64,000 bases of DNA, taken from the NCBI GenBank assembly GCA_046328475.1, contig JAXLWN010000007.1, positions 20,001 through 84,000 on the forward strand, given 5' to 3'. Shown here piece after piece: positions 46,195 to 56,664 of this stretch. A program made the translations under genes and the position numbers. Each line of letters begins with the position of its first letter. Positions within the stretch are counted from its first letter, which is position 1. The DNA is from Chloroflexia bacterium. GTDB lineage: Bacteria > Chloroflexota > Chloroflexia > Thermomicrobiales > CADCWN01. The notes under the pieces are model-generated. The model saw only the letters and a program-made list of their open reading frames with translations, did no database searches and was not told where the DNA came from.

Positions 46195-48941
46195 AACACC
46201 AGCCACGCCTCAACCACCTCATCCCGATAGTTGTGCTTGAGGGTGAAGCCGTGCTGTTTGGCGACGCGCTGCATGCCGGTGTTCTCGGGGAGGATTTCGG
46301 CGGTGATGCGGCGGAGGCCTTCGTCGCGGCCGATCTGGATGAGGCGGCTGAGGAGTTCGGAGCCGAGGCCGAGGCGCTGGTAGCGGTCGTTGACGAGCAG
46401 GGCGAACTCGGCTTCGGGTGCGTCGGTGCCGGGGGTGCGACTGAGGCGGCCGACGGCCATGATCTCGGGCTGGCCGGTCTCGGGGTTGCGGCGCTCGACG
46501 ACCAGGGCCATCTCGCGGGCGTAGTCGATGAAGCACATCCGCACCAGGCGCTCGTGCGAGGTGCGCTGGTGCAGCGTCATCATGTGGAAGTAGCGGTAGT
46601 AGACGCTCCGCTCGGAGAGGTTCTGGTGGAACTGGACCAGCAGGGGCTCGTCCTCGGGGCGGATCGGGCGGATGGTGACCTCCTCGCCGCCACGCGTGGT
46701 CCAGTTGGAGGCGTACTGCGCCGGGTAGGGGTGGATCGCGGAGCGGGGAAGGTCGGACTCGGGGATGGCGGGGTCGTGGAGGACAACGCGCGCATCGAGC
46801 GCGATCAGGCGGTCGGGCGAGGCGAGCAGCGGGTTGATGTCGAGTTCCTTGATCTGCGGCTGCTCGACGATCAGTTGGCTGAAGCGGACCAGCAGGCCCT
46901 CCAGCGCCGCGAGATCCACGGGCGGGCGACCGCGCACGCCCTGGAGGGCGGTCAGGATGCGGGTGCCCTCCATCATGCGCCGGGCCAGGGTGGTGTTGAG
47001 TGGGGGGAGGGCCAGGGCGCGGTCGCGGAAGACCTCCACCAGCTGCCCGCCGGTGCCGAAGAGGAGGACCGGGCCGAACTGCGAGTCGATGCTGCTGCCG
47101 ACGATCAGCTCGTAGCCATCGAGGCGGACCATCGGCTGCACGGTGACACCGGCGAAGTCGGCGGCGGGGACGCCGCGCTGGATGCGCTGGAAGGCCGCGC
47201 GCACGGCGTCGGCATCGGCGAGGTTGAGTTGCACGCCGCCCACATCGGTCTTGTGGGTGATCGTCTTGGAGTAGAGTTTGAGCACCGCCGGGTAGCCGAT
47301 CGCATCCGCCGCCGCGACCGCCCCCTCCTCGTCGGTCGCCACGCGCGTCTCCACGGTCGGGATGCCGTAGGCGGCCAGCAGGGCTTTCGATTCGGGCTCG
47401 GTCAGCAGCGTGCGCCCCTCGGCGCGGATCGCCCGCAACTGCGCCCGCACGTCCGATTCCGCATTCCGCACTCCGAATTCCGCATTCGACAGCGTTGGCG
47501 TCTCGTAGAGGCTGCGGAGGTTGTCGGCGTAGCGCCACATGTAGGCGAAGACGCGCGCGGCGGTGTCGGGGTAGGGGAAGGTGGGGATGCCCGCGCGCGT
47601 CAGGATCGCCTCGCCCGGTGCCACCGCGTCGCCCCCCATGAAGGAGGCGATCAGCGGCTTGTGGATCGAGTGCGCGTAGGGCGCGAGCAGCTCGGCGACG
47701 CGCGTGGGGTCGGTCATCGCCTGCGGCGTCAGCATGATCAGCAGGCCATCGGTCGTCGGGTCCTTCGCGGCGGCGGCGAGCGTCTTGGCGTAGCGGTCGG
47801 GGTCGGCATCGCCGATGATGTCGATCGGGTTGCCGTGGCTCCAGTGTTCGGGCAGCACGCCATCGAGTGCCGCGAGCGTCTCGGGCGCGAGCTCGGCCAG
47901 CGCGCCGCCGTTTTGCAGGAGCGCGTCGGTCGCCAGCACCCCAGGGCCGCCCGCGTTGGTGACCAGCGCCAGGCGCGGGCCGCGCGGGCGGGGCTGCTTG
48001 GCGAGCGCCTCGGCCAGATAGAAGACCTCGGCGATGGTGTTGACGCGCAGCACGCCGACGCGACGGAAGGCGATGTCCAGCACCTCGTCGCTGCCGGTGA
48101 GCGAGCCGGTGTGGGAGGCGGCGGCGTGCGCGGCCTGCGCGGTGCGCCCGCCCTTGATCACGATGATCGGCTTGGTCAGCGCCACCTCGCGCGCGGCGGA
48201 GAGGAAGGCGGTCGCGTCGCCGATCGACTCCATGTAGACGATGATGCTCTGGGTCTTGCGGTCGTTGCCGAAATAGTCGATCAGGTCGCCCCAGCCGACA
48301 TCGAGCATCGAGCCGACCGAGATGAAGGCGCTGAAGCCGACCTCCTCGCGCAGGCTCCAGTCGAGCACGGAGGTGCAGAGCGCGCCGCTCTGGCTGAGGA
48401 AGGCGACGTTGCCGGGGCGGGCGATGGTGGCGGCGAAGGTGGCGTTGAAGCCGCTCGGCGGGGTCATCGCGCCGAGGCAGTTCGGCCCCAGCAGGCGCAT
48501 CCGCCCCTTGCGCGCCTCGGCGAGCACCTGGCGCTCCAGTTCGGCCCCCGCCTCGCCCTGCTCCTTGAAGCCGGCCGAGATGATGATCGCCCCCTTCACC
48601 CCGGCCGCGACGCACTCGGCGACGATCGCGGGCACGGTCGGCGCGGGCGTGGCGATGATCGCGAGATCGACCCGCTCGGGCACCTCGCCGATCGCGGCGT
48701 AGGCCTTGATGCCGAGCACGTAGCGTCGCTTCGGATTGACCGGGAAGACCGCACCGCCGAACGGGCTGGCGACGAGGTTCGCCAGGATCGTGCGCCCGAC
48801 GCTCCTCGGCTCCTCGCTCGCGCCGATCACCGCGACCGCGCGCGGCTTGAAGAGCGCGTCGAGCGGCTGCCGCTCGGCGCGGTAGACATCGTGCGCCGGG
48901 TCGCTGGGTGCGGGCATCTGCGGGCCGGGCTGCTGCGCCAT
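46191..48941 (-). CDS. Pat-type bifunctional protein: ADP-forming acetyl-CoA synthetase-like (CoA-binding, ligase, ATP-grasp) fused to a C-terminal GNAT acetyltransferase
   Basis: CoA-binding region [20 protein letters not shown]; SHTGSLTG; ATP-grasp region [36 protein letters not shown]; C-terminal GNAT region [21 protein letters not shown]. The start was set at MAQQPGPQ (48941). Confidence 0.9.
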   Translation of the reverse strand: MAQQPGPQMPAPSDPAHDVYRAERQPLDALFKPRAVAVIGASEEPRSVGRTILANLVASPFGGAVFPVNPKRRYVLGIKAYAAIGEVPERVDLAIIATPAPTVPAIVAECVAAGVKGAIIISAGFKEQGEAGAELERQVLAEARKGRMRLLGPNCLGAMTPPSGFNATFAATIARPGNVAFLSQSGALCTSVLDWSLREEVGFSAFISVGSMLDVGWGDLIDYFGNDRKTQSIIVYMESIGDATAFLSAAREVALTKPIIVIKGGRTAQAAHAAASHTGSLTGSDEVLDIAFRRVGVLRVNTIAEVFYLAEALAKQPRPRGPRLALVTNAGGPGVLATDALLQNGGALAELAPETLAALDGVLPEHWSHGNPIDIIGDADPDRYAKTLAAAAKDPTTDGLLIMLTPQAMTDPTRVAELLAPYAHSIHKPLIASFMGGDAVAPGEAILTRAGIPTFPYPDTAARVFAYMWRYADNLRSLYETPTLSNAEFGVRNAESDVRAQLRAIRAEGRTLLTEPESKALLAAYGIPTVETRVATDEEGAVAAADAIGYPAVLKLYSKTITHKTDVGGVQLNLADADAVRAAFQRIQRGVPAADFAGVTVQPMVRLDGYELIVGSSIDSQFGPVLLFGTGGQLVEVFRDRALALPPLNTTLARRMMEGTRILTALQGVRGRPPVDLAALEGLLVRFSQLIVEQPQIKELDINPLLASPDRLIALDARVVLHDPAIPESDLPRSAIHPYPAQYASNWTTRGGEEVTIRPIRPEDEPLLVQFHQNLSERSVYYRYFHMMTLHQRTSHERLVRMCFIDYAREMALVVERRNPETGQPEIMAVGRLSRTPGTDAPEAEFALLVNDRYQRLGLGSELLSRLIQIGRDEGLRRITAEILPENTGMQRVAKQHGFTLKHNYRDEVVEAWLVL
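47454..47488. repeat. Heptamer array (CGATTCC GCATTCC GCACTCC GAATTCC GCATTCG) embedded in the Pat-like CDS
   Basis: Read directly. It is translated on the minus strand as ..[14 protein letters not shown].. in the linker between the ligase and ATP-grasp parts. The same unit forms the intergenic array at 62872. Confidence 0.85.
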
Positions 48942-49155
48942 GCTGATCCCTCCATCGGCGTAGCCGGTATCATCGCGCGCGAACGAACGAGCGCCCTCGC
49001 ACAGCTTACAGCACGCCGCGTGCCGCTGGGCGCGCAAAACCGCGCCGCCGGGGTCGCGTTTAAGGCATGGTTGCCGGGCCAACGATTTCCGCTACACTTC
49101 CCCCGGTCCGCTACGGACACTTGCATGTTGGACGCCCACAGCGAGGAAGGATTGC

Positions 49156-50790
49156 GTGATCAGGCGCTCGCGACGATCGGTTGTCAGGGTCGTACTCCTC
49201 GTCATCGCCCTCGGTCTTCTCCTGCCACCAGCGATCCTCCCGATCCTCCCGGTCGCGGCGGCTGGCCGCGCAGAGGGGACCCCGCTGCCGCAGTCCACGC
49301 TCCTCGGCATCGCCGCGCACGCCTGGTGGCTCGATCCCTACCAGGATCAGATGCTCGCCGCGTTCAAGGACCTCAACGTCCAGGTCGTGCGGATCAGCAT
49401 CGACTGGAAGCGGGTCGAGGCGACGAAGGGGCAATACGACTGGTCGCTCTACGACCGCACCCTCATCCCGCTGGCGGAGCGCCGGATCGCGATCGTCGGG
49501 GACCTCAGTTCCTTCCCGGCCTGGACCTCGACCGACCCCGAATGCGCCGTCCCCTTCAGCGAGCCGCAGCACTGCCTGCCGCGCCCGGAGGTGATCACCG
49601 ACTGGGAGCGGTTCTGCGCCGCCGCCGCCGCGCGCTATCCCTTCATCGAGCGGTGGGAGATCTGGAACGAGCCGGAACTCTGGTACGGGATGAAGCCGCA
49701 GGATCACTATCTGGCCTATGTGCGCAGCGCCCACCGCGCGATCCACGCCAACAATGCGCGGGCGCGCGTGGCGATCACCAGCCTGATCGGCTGGAGTTGG
49801 CTGCGCGAGCTCTACGCCCAGTCGCCGGCGAACGACCGGCCCTGGGAGGCGATCGCCTATCACCCCTACCCCATCCCGGGGGGGATCAACGACAACGACC
49901 CTGACCACCCGATCGACACCGACCGGATCGAGGAATTGCGGCGGCGCATGGACGAGAATGGGGACCAGGCGAAGCCGATCTGGATCACCGAGTTCGGCTT
50001 CAGTAAGCCGCCCGCCGACCAGGCGCGCCGCCTCATGAATACGCTCTCCTGGTTCGCCGCCCGGCCCTACATCGAACTGGCCTGCCTGCACATGCTGCAC
50101 GATTGGGCCGGGGACGACCCCAGCCCGGCGGGCTACGGGCTGATGTCGGCCGATCCGCGCCCGACCGAGGAGAATCCGCAGCCGACGCGCTTCACGCCGA
50201 AGGAGCCGTTCTACTCGACGTTCAAGCAATACCCGCGATCCGCGCCGCCCCTGCCACCCGACGGCCCGGGGCAGCGTTCTTTCCCCCAGACCGGGCAGAC
50301 GATCGCGGGGGGCTTCCTCGCCGCCTGGCAGGAACGTGGTGGTCTGCCGATCTTCGGCTACCCGCTGACCGATGTCTTCTGGGAGCGGCTGGAGAATGGG
50401 CACTGGTATCGTGTGCAGTATTTCGAGCGGGCGCGCTTCGAGTACCACCCCGAGAATCCCGCCCCCTACGACATCCTGCTCGGCCAGTTCGGTCGCGCCC
50501 TGCACCCCGCCGATGCGCCGGTCGCCGCCGAGCCGGGAGCGCGATATTTCGCGGAGACGGGGCACAATCTTTCCGGCGGATTCCGCACCTACTGGGAAGG
50601 GCGCGGCGGCCTGGCGCAGTTCGGCTTCCCGATCAGCGAGGTCTTCACCGAGACGCTGGAGGACGGCAAGAGTTACCGGGTGCAGTATTTCGAGCGAGCA
50701 CGGTTCGAGTATCACCCGGAGAATCCCGCGCCGTACGACATCCTGCTCGGCCAGTTCGGCAGGCGCATCCTGGCCTCGCGCACGCCATAA
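49156..50790 (+). CDS. Secreted/anchored clan GH-A (TIM-barrel) glycoside hydrolase with two C-terminal ~70-aa repeats
   Basis: N-terminal signal/anchor. The candidate acid/base motif is RWEIWNEPE and the candidate nucleophile motif is PIWITEFG. The tandem C-terminal repeats end in YRVQYFERARFEYHPENPAPYDILLGQFGR. Confidence 0.75.
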   Translation: MIRRSRRSVVRVVLLVIALGLLLPPAILPILPVAAAGRAEGTPLPQSTLLGIAAHAWWLDPYQDQMLAAFKDLNVQVVRISIDWKRVEATKGQYDWSLYDRTLIPLAERRIAIVGDLSSFPAWTSTDPECAVPFSEPQHCLPRPEVITDWERFCAAAAARYPFIERWEIWNEPELWYGMKPQDHYLAYVRSAHRAIHANNARARVAITSLIGWSWLRELYAQSPANDRPWEAIAYHPYPIPGGINDNDPDHPIDTDRIEELRRRMDENGDQAKPIWITEFGFSKPPADQARRLMNTLSWFAARPYIELACLHMLHDWAGDDPSPAGYGLMSADPRPTEENPQPTRFTPKEPFYSTFKQYPRSAPPLPPDGPGQRSFPQTGQTIAGGFLAAWQERGGLPIFGYPLTDVFWERLENGHWYRVQYFERARFEYHPENPAPYDILLGQFGRALHPADAPVAAEPGARYFAETGHNLSGGFRTYWEGRGGLAQFGFPISEVFTETLEDGKSYRVQYFERARFEYHPENPAPYDILLGQFGRRILASRTP

Positions 50791-50859
50791 AGGTTTCCTC
50801 GCGGCGCGGCGGGCGTTATGCTTGCGCGGTAGGCTATGGGGAGGTTGTAGGGCGGGGGA

Positions 50860-53070
50860 ATGGTGGTCACAGTCGAGCGAGAGGGCAGGATAGAGGCGGC
50901 AGCGGGGCCGCCGACCGGCGTATCTCGTTCCGGCGCGTTGCGCACCGCCGCCCTGTTTCTGATTTTCCTCGGCTTTTACCTGCTCACCACCGGGGGCCAT
51001 CTCTATGCCGTGGACGAGGAGACGCTCTTCCGCGCGACGGAGAGCGTGGTGGAGCGCGGCACGCTGGCGCTGCCGCCCGACGCCTGGGGGCTGGTGACGA
51101 GCGAGCAGCGGACCGGCGGGGCGCTCTACTCGCAGTACGAGCCGGGACAATCGCTCGCCGCGATCCCGTTCTACCTGCTGGGCAAGGCGCTCGCGCCGCG
51201 CTTCCCAACGTTCGCCACGCCGACCATTATCCGCTTTGCGGTCTCGCTCTTCGGCGCGTTCGTCGCGGCGGCGACGGTGGCGTTGCTCTACCGCGTCGGG
51301 CTGGCGCTCGGCTACCGAGAGCGGACGACGCTGGCCGGTGCGGCGATCTACGGGCTGGCGACGACCGCCTGGCCCTACGCGCGCACCTTCTACGCCGAGC
51401 CGCTGACCGCGCTCTGCCTGCTGGCGACGCTCCACGCCATCCGGCGCGGCACGGAGCGATCGGGGGCGCACGGCTGGCTCGCCTGGGGCGGCGCGGTGGC
51501 CGGGCTATCGCTCTTCGTGAAACCGCACGCGGCGCTGGTGCTGCCGTTCCTCGGGCTCTACCTGCTGGGCCGGGTCGCCGGATCGCCCCCCTGGTCGGTC
51601 GCCACGCTGCGGCGGGTGCTCCTCCCGGCGCTCGTCTGGGGGGTGGCGGCGATCGTCGGGACGGTGCCGCTGCTGATCGGCAATGCGATCATGTATGGCG
51701 GGCCGTTCACGACGGGCTACAGCGCGGGGCGGCTCGAAGGGCTGGCCTATCCCTTCTTCAAGGGCCTGTATGGGCTGCTCCTCTCGCCGGGGAAGGGGGT
51801 GGCATGGTATTCGCCGCCGCTCGTGCTGGCGCTGCTGGCGGCGTGGCCGTTCTTCCGCCGCCGCCGCGCCGAGGCGCTGGCCTGCCTGGGGATCACGCTG
51901 GTCCACCTCGCGTTCTACAGCCGCCTGACGCTCTGGAACGGCGACTGGGCCTGGGGGCCGCGCTACCTGCTCGTCATCCTCCCCTTCATGTACCTGCCGA
52001 TCCTGGCCTTCCTCGACGCGGCGCGCGGGTGGCATTGGCGTACGGCGCTGGCGACCGCAGTGGTCGTGATCGGCGTGGGCGTGCAATTACTCGGGGTGCT
52101 CGTGAACCCGGTCTGGCCCCGCGCGCAGGTCTACGATCTGGTGGTCGATAACGCCGACCGCGACGCGCGGATCGAGGCGCGCTTTTTCTCGCCCGCGTCG
52201 TCGCCACTGGTCGTCCACGCGCGCCTCCTCGGCGAGCGAATCGCCGAATGGCGCGACCGCATCACGCCGCCGCCCGACACCGCCGTGATCGGCAGTGGTT
52301 TTGCCGATGTCGAGGGGGGCGCGGACAAGCTCTTCCCGCGCTGGACCGGTGGCGCGGGGATGATCGCGCTCCACAGCGGTGGCGGCGAGCCGCTGACGGT
52401 GAAGCTGACCTTCTTCGACCACCGCCCGGCTGCATTGCGCACAGTGCCCTCAGCGGTCCTGGTGAATGGCCGCCGCCTGCCGGACAGCGCGATTGAGCGC
52501 AGCAACTTCACCGGCGACGGCGAGGGGTGGACCTATCAATTCGTCGTCCCCGGCGGTCGAAACGTGCTGCTCACCCTCCTCAGCGCGCCCTGGAACCCGC
52601 GCCTGCTCGGCGTCGGCGACCGCGACGAGACGCTGGGGGTCTTTGTCCACAATGTGGAGGTCTGGCGACTCGGGCAGCCCTGGCCGGTGCGCGACGACGC
52701 GGCCACCGCCGCCCGGCGCACCATTCCCGCGCTCCCGACCTCCCCGGAAAACCTCTACGAGTGGTTCAATGCCTATCAGCCGTTCGGTGCCGCCGCCAAC
52801 GGCACGGTCGTCCACCACGCGGTCGATCACTGGGCCTGGTATCTGGCGATTGGGGGACTGCCACGCGGGTTAGTGATCAGGTCGATGTTTATTTTCGGCA
52901 CGATCGTGCGCGGTGCCATTCCTCCTGGGGCTGATCCTCTTCGTCCGAAGCCCGCCTGCTGCGTTGCGGCGCGCATTGCCGCGCCTGCTCCGCCAGCGGC
53001 GCACGTGGTGCGGCGACGGGCACATGCTGCTGTATGCAAGCTGATCCACGAGGTCAGCATTCAGCTGTAG
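50860..53070 (+). CDS. Polytopic membrane glycosyltransferase, GT-C fold (ArnT/PMT-like), with a large C-terminal extracytoplasmic domain
   Basis: More than 10 TM helices. The first-loop acidic motif is YAVDEETLF. The last ~60 aa lie in an A/T-richer stretch and look non-native, so the true 3' end is uncertain. Confidence 0.65.
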   Translation: MVVTVEREGRIEAAAGPPTGVSRSGALRTAALFLIFLGFYLLTTGGHLYAVDEETLFRATESVVERGTLALPPDAWGLVTSEQRTGGALYSQYEPGQSLAAIPFYLLGKALAPRFPTFATPTIIRFAVSLFGAFVAAATVALLYRVGLALGYRERTTLAGAAIYGLATTAWPYARTFYAEPLTALCLLATLHAIRRGTERSGAHGWLAWGGAVAGLSLFVKPHAALVLPFLGLYLLGRVAGSPPWSVATLRRVLLPALVWGVAAIVGTVPLLIGNAIMYGGPFTTGYSAGRLEGLAYPFFKGLYGLLLSPGKGVAWYSPPLVLALLAAWPFFRRRRAEALACLGITLVHLAFYSRLTLWNGDWAWGPRYLLVILPFMYLPILAFLDAARGWHWRTALATAVVVIGVGVQLLGVLVNPVWPRAQVYDLVVDNADRDARIEARFFSPASSPLVVHARLLGERIAEWRDRITPPPDTAVIGSGFADVEGGADKLFPRWTGGAGMIALHSGGGEPLTVKLTFFDHRPAALRTVPSAVLVNGRRLPDSAIERSNFTGDGEGWTYQFVVPGGRNVLLTLLSAPWNPRLLGVGDRDETLGVFVHNVEVWRLGQPWPVRDDAATAARRTIPALPTSPENLYEWFNAYQPFGAAANGTVVHHAVDHWAWYLAIGGLPRGLVIRSMFIFGTIVRGAIPPGADPLRPKPACCVAARIAAPAPPAAHVVRRRAHAAVCKLIHEVSIQL

Positions 53071-53208
53071 CGCCGCAGGTGCGAAGGTTGATGCCAGTTT
53101 GTTGCGGGGCGTTCCGGCGATAAGCCGGGCGTGACCAAGCGGCGACCTGCGCGTTCATTGTGCCGGTGCCCGCCGTCAATCGAGGTACTATCATTAGCGC
53201 CACCTGTC

Positions 53209-55450
53209 ATGAAGGATGTGACGGCCTGCGTGATGGAGACCACGCACTGCGCCGTTCTCGAAACTGTCCGTCTGCCAGCCCACTGGGGATCGGTGCGGCG
53301 GTGCGACGGTTGGTGCGCGCTCGCTGGGGCCGAGGCGTGGTGCGCGCTGGTGCTCGCGGTCATGGCTGTCAACCTGTTGCTGATCCTGCCCCAGAAGACG
53401 ATCACGGTGGACGAATTTGTCCACATCCCGGCGGGCTGCGTCGGGCTGACGGTGGGGACTTCCGACTGAACAACGAGCACCCGCCGCTGGTTAAGCTCTG
53501 GGCGGCATTGCCGTTGCTGACGCTCGGCACGAAGTCGCTGCCCGAGCTGCCCGCCGAGAATCCGGGGTAGCGGATCGATGAACACTGCGCGCTTACTTCT
53601 GGAGGAGAACGCGGCGGTTCGGGGCGATCAATTACCTCTGGGCGCGCTAAAGCCGATGATCGCGCTGACCCTGGCGCTGGGGGTGGTGGTCTTCGTCGCG
53701 ACGCGGCGCAACTGGCCGCGCTGGGGGTGCTGGCGGTCGCGCTCTTCAGCCCGGAGCCGACCATGCTGGGGCACGGGCGGATCGTCCACACCGACATCGC
53801 CGCGCTCGCCTATCTCGTCGCCCTGCTGGCGCTCTACGCCTACGCTGCGCGCCCGACCTGGGTCGCGCGGCGCTGCTGGGCGAAGTGGTGGGTGCGGCGT
53901 TCAAGCATGGCGCATTCGCTGGTGGTGCTCGGCCGGTCGTGCGATTGGACTGCTGGCGCTGTGAGCGGCCGCGCCGCGCCGGGAACAGTCGGCGGGCAAT
54001 CGTGGGCAGGCGGCTGTTGCGCTGGTGGCGATCGTCGCGCTCAATGCCGCCTACGAGTTCCGCCACCAGGCCGCTGGAAGCGATCGACCTCGCCTGGATT
54101 CGCGCCGAGCACCCCGCCGAAGCCGGGCGGGTGATCGCCGGGTTCGACGCGCTCTCGCCGGTCGTGCCGCCCTACTATCTACTCGGGGTCTACACCGTCT
54201 TCGGGCACAATGAGGGGGGGCACCAGGCGGCGCTCTTCGACGAGCACAGCCAGCGTGGCTGGTGGTACTACTTCCCGGTCGCGTTCGCCCTGAAGACCGC
54301 GCTCCCCTTCCTGCTCATCACGATCGGCGCGCTCGGCTGGGCGCTCTGGCGCGTCGGCGCGCGACGCGACTGGCGGCTGCTGGCATTCGTCGGCCCCCCG
54401 GCGCTCTACGCCGGGTTCGCGATGACGAGCCAGATCAACATCGGCATCCGCCACATTTTGCCCGTCTTCCCGTTCCTCTTCATCCTCGGTGGCGCGGCGC
54501 TCGACCGCCTCCTGGCGGCGCGGCTCGCGATCCCGTCCATGCTCCGAGCGCGGAAGGGGCGGCGGACGAAGTCGAAAGGAACGCCCCTGCGCCAGTCGCT
54601 CGGGATCGCCATCGTCGCGCTGCTGCTCGGCTGGATGGGGGGCGAGGCGATCCGCGCGCACCCCGATTACCTCGTCTACCTGAACGAGTTGGCGCGCGGG
54701 CCGGGGTGGCAGTATCTCTCCGATTCGAATATCGAGTGGGGCGACGATACGGAGGCGCTGGCGGCGTACTTGCACGCGCAGGGTGAGCACTCCGTGCGCG
54801 CGGCGGTCGCCGGGAGTCGCGATAGTCTCGGCTTCTTCGGCGTCGAATACCTCGACTACTTCGACGCCAAGGCGTCTGATCAGCCGACGCGCTACCTCGC
54901 GATCGGGGCGAGCTTCCTCAATGGCTCGACCGTGCCGCCGACGCTGACCGAGACGCGCCCGGACTATTTCGCCACCTACCGCTACCGCCAGCCGGTCGCG
55001 GTCTTCGGACGGGCGATCTACCTCTATCCCTACCCCGAGACCGAGGCACCGCTGGCGGCGGCGCTCTCGCCGACCACCTACCGCGCCGCGCTCGGCGCAT
55101 CGCGTTTGCCGACGACGCTGCGCCCCGGCGAGACGGTCGGCGTCTGGGTGCAGGTCCGCAACGACAGCACCCAGGCCTGGCCGCCGTCCGATCACGGCGA
55201 GGTCCGCTATCAGATTCGGCTCGGCAATCGCTGGTTCGACACGAGCGGCGCGACACTGGTGCGCGACGATTCCCGCGCGCCGCTCTACCACGCGCTCTAC
55301 CCCGGCGAGCGCACCGACATGCTGCTCACCATCACCGCGCCCGATCAACCGGGCAACTACCTGCTCGACATCGATCTCGCGCAGGAAGGGATCGCCTGGT
55401 TCGGCGAGCACGGGAGCGCACCGATCCGGGTGCCGGTGCGGGTGCGGTGA
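53209..55450 (+). pseudogene. GT39/GT83-type (PMT_2/ArnT-like) glycosyltransferase; the N-terminal third is fragmented by at least 3 frameshifts, the C-terminal 521-aa ORF is intact
   Basis: Pieces lie in different frames: ..LILPQKTITVDEFVHIPAG; GDFRLNNEHPPLVKLWAALPLL; LAVALFSPEPTMLGHGRIVHTDIAALAYLVALLALYAY. The open frame 53885..55450 follows (..WWYYFPVAFALKTALPFLL..) and ends in an Ig-like domain. Confidence 0.7.
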
Positions 55451-55477
55451 TTGCGGATTGCAGATTTCGGATTGAAG
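55436..55477. repeat. Heptamer array (GTGCGGG TGCGGTG ATTGCGG ATTGCAG ATTTCGG ATTGAAG)
   Basis: Read directly. It spans the stop codon of the GT gene (TGA 55448-55450). Confidence 0.8.
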
Positions 55478-55485
55478 GGAACGCG

Positions 55486-55959
55486 ATGGCGATTTTGCTG
55501 CGCGATGTGACGAAGGAGAACTGGCAAGAGTGCGTGCGGCTGAAGCTCGCGCCCGAGCAGGAGCATTTTGTCGCCTCGAATGCTTACTCGATCGCCGAGT
55601 CGAAGTTCATGCCGACCTACATCCCGCAGGCGATCTACCATCGCGCCGACGGAGAGGCCGAGGAGACGATGGTCGGATTCGTGATGTACGGCTTCTATCC
55701 CGATGACGAGCCGCCGTTCGGGCAGCGCCACTGGATCTTCCGCCTGATGATCGATCGGGACCATCAGGGCAAAGGCTACGGGCGGGAGGCGATGCGACAG
55801 GTCCTCGCACGCCTGGAGGCCGATCCTGCCTGTACGAGTGTGCTGATCGGCTACGAGACGGAAAATGTGATCGCCAGCAAGCTCTACGCCGACCTCGGCT
55901 TCCGCGAGATCGGCCCCGCGCCGTGGGGCGAGATGGTTGCCGAGCGCGCGACAAAATGA
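55486..55959 (+). CDS. GNAT family N-acetyltransferase
   Basis: The acetyl-CoA motif region reads FRLMIDRDHQGKGYGREAMRQVL. 157 aa. ATG is at 55486. Confidence 0.85.
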   Translation: MAILLRDVTKENWQECVRLKLAPEQEHFVASNAYSIAESKFMPTYIPQAIYHRADGEAEETMVGFVMYGFYPDDEPPFGQRHWIFRLMIDRDHQGKGYGREAMRQVLARLEADPACTSVLIGYETENVIASKLYADLGFREIGPAPWGEMVAERATK

Positions 55960-55962
55960 GGC

Positions 55963-56038
55963 GGAAGGACGAAGTACGAACGACGAAGTACGAAGTAAGG
56001 CGCTGCCTGAGGTAAGTCTCTGTCTACTTCGTACTTCG
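55963..56038. repeat. Inverted heptamer arrays (CGAAGTA-type x5 ... TACTTCG x2) around a 27-bp core
   Basis: Read directly, between the two GNAT genes. Confidence 0.88.
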
Positions 56039-56058
56039 TCCGCACGAGGAGACGAACC

Positions 56059-56664
56059 ATGCCCACAGCCACCAGGGAAGCAGCGCCGCTCGCGCTCGAT
56101 ATCCAGCCGCTGACGCCCGACCGCTGGAGTGACCTGGAAGCCCTCTTCGGGAAGCAGGGGGCCTATTCCGGCTGCTGGTGCATGTGGTGGCGGCTGGCCG
56201 GGTCGGACTTCGGGAATGCCGGGGCTGCGGGTCGCAAGGCGGCGTTCGCGGGGATTGTCGCCGAGGGGCGGGTGCCGGGACTGCTCGCCTACGCGGATGG
56301 GGTGCCGGTCGGCTGGTGCGCCATCGCGCCGCGCAGCGAATTCCCGCGCTTCGACCGCTCGCGCTACTGGCAGCCGGTGGACGACCGGCCGGTCTGGTCG
56401 CTGAACTGCTTCTACATCGCGCGCGGCCAGCGCGGGCGCGGGATCGCCACTGCATTGCTGAGCGCGGCAATCGCCTTCGCGAAAGAGCGCGGCGCGCGGA
56501 TCGTCGAGGCGTACCCGAAGGATGTTGACGTGAGAGCGTCGGCTTCCTCGATCTATACCGGCACGGTCGGGATATTCCTCGCCGCCGGGTTCGCGGAGAT
56601 CGCACGCCGCCACCCGGAGCGGCCGATCATGCGGCTGGAGGTCGAAGTAACGAGGGACGAGTAA
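56059..56664 (+). CDS. GNAT family N-acetyltransferase
   Basis: The motif A region reads FYIARGQRGRGIATALLSAAIAFAKERGARIVEAYP. The stop codon TAA (56662-56664) lies inside the second GTAACGA repeat unit. Confidence 0.85.
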   Translation: MPTATREAAPLALDIQPLTPDRWSDLEALFGKQGAYSGCWCMWWRLAGSDFGNAGAAGRKAAFAGIVAEGRVPGLLAYADGVPVGWCAIAPRSEFPRFDRSRYWQPVDDRPVWSLNCFYIARGQRGRGIATALLSAAIAFAKERGARIVEAYPKDVDVRASASSIYTGTVGIFLAAGFAEIARRHPERPIMRLEVEVTRDE

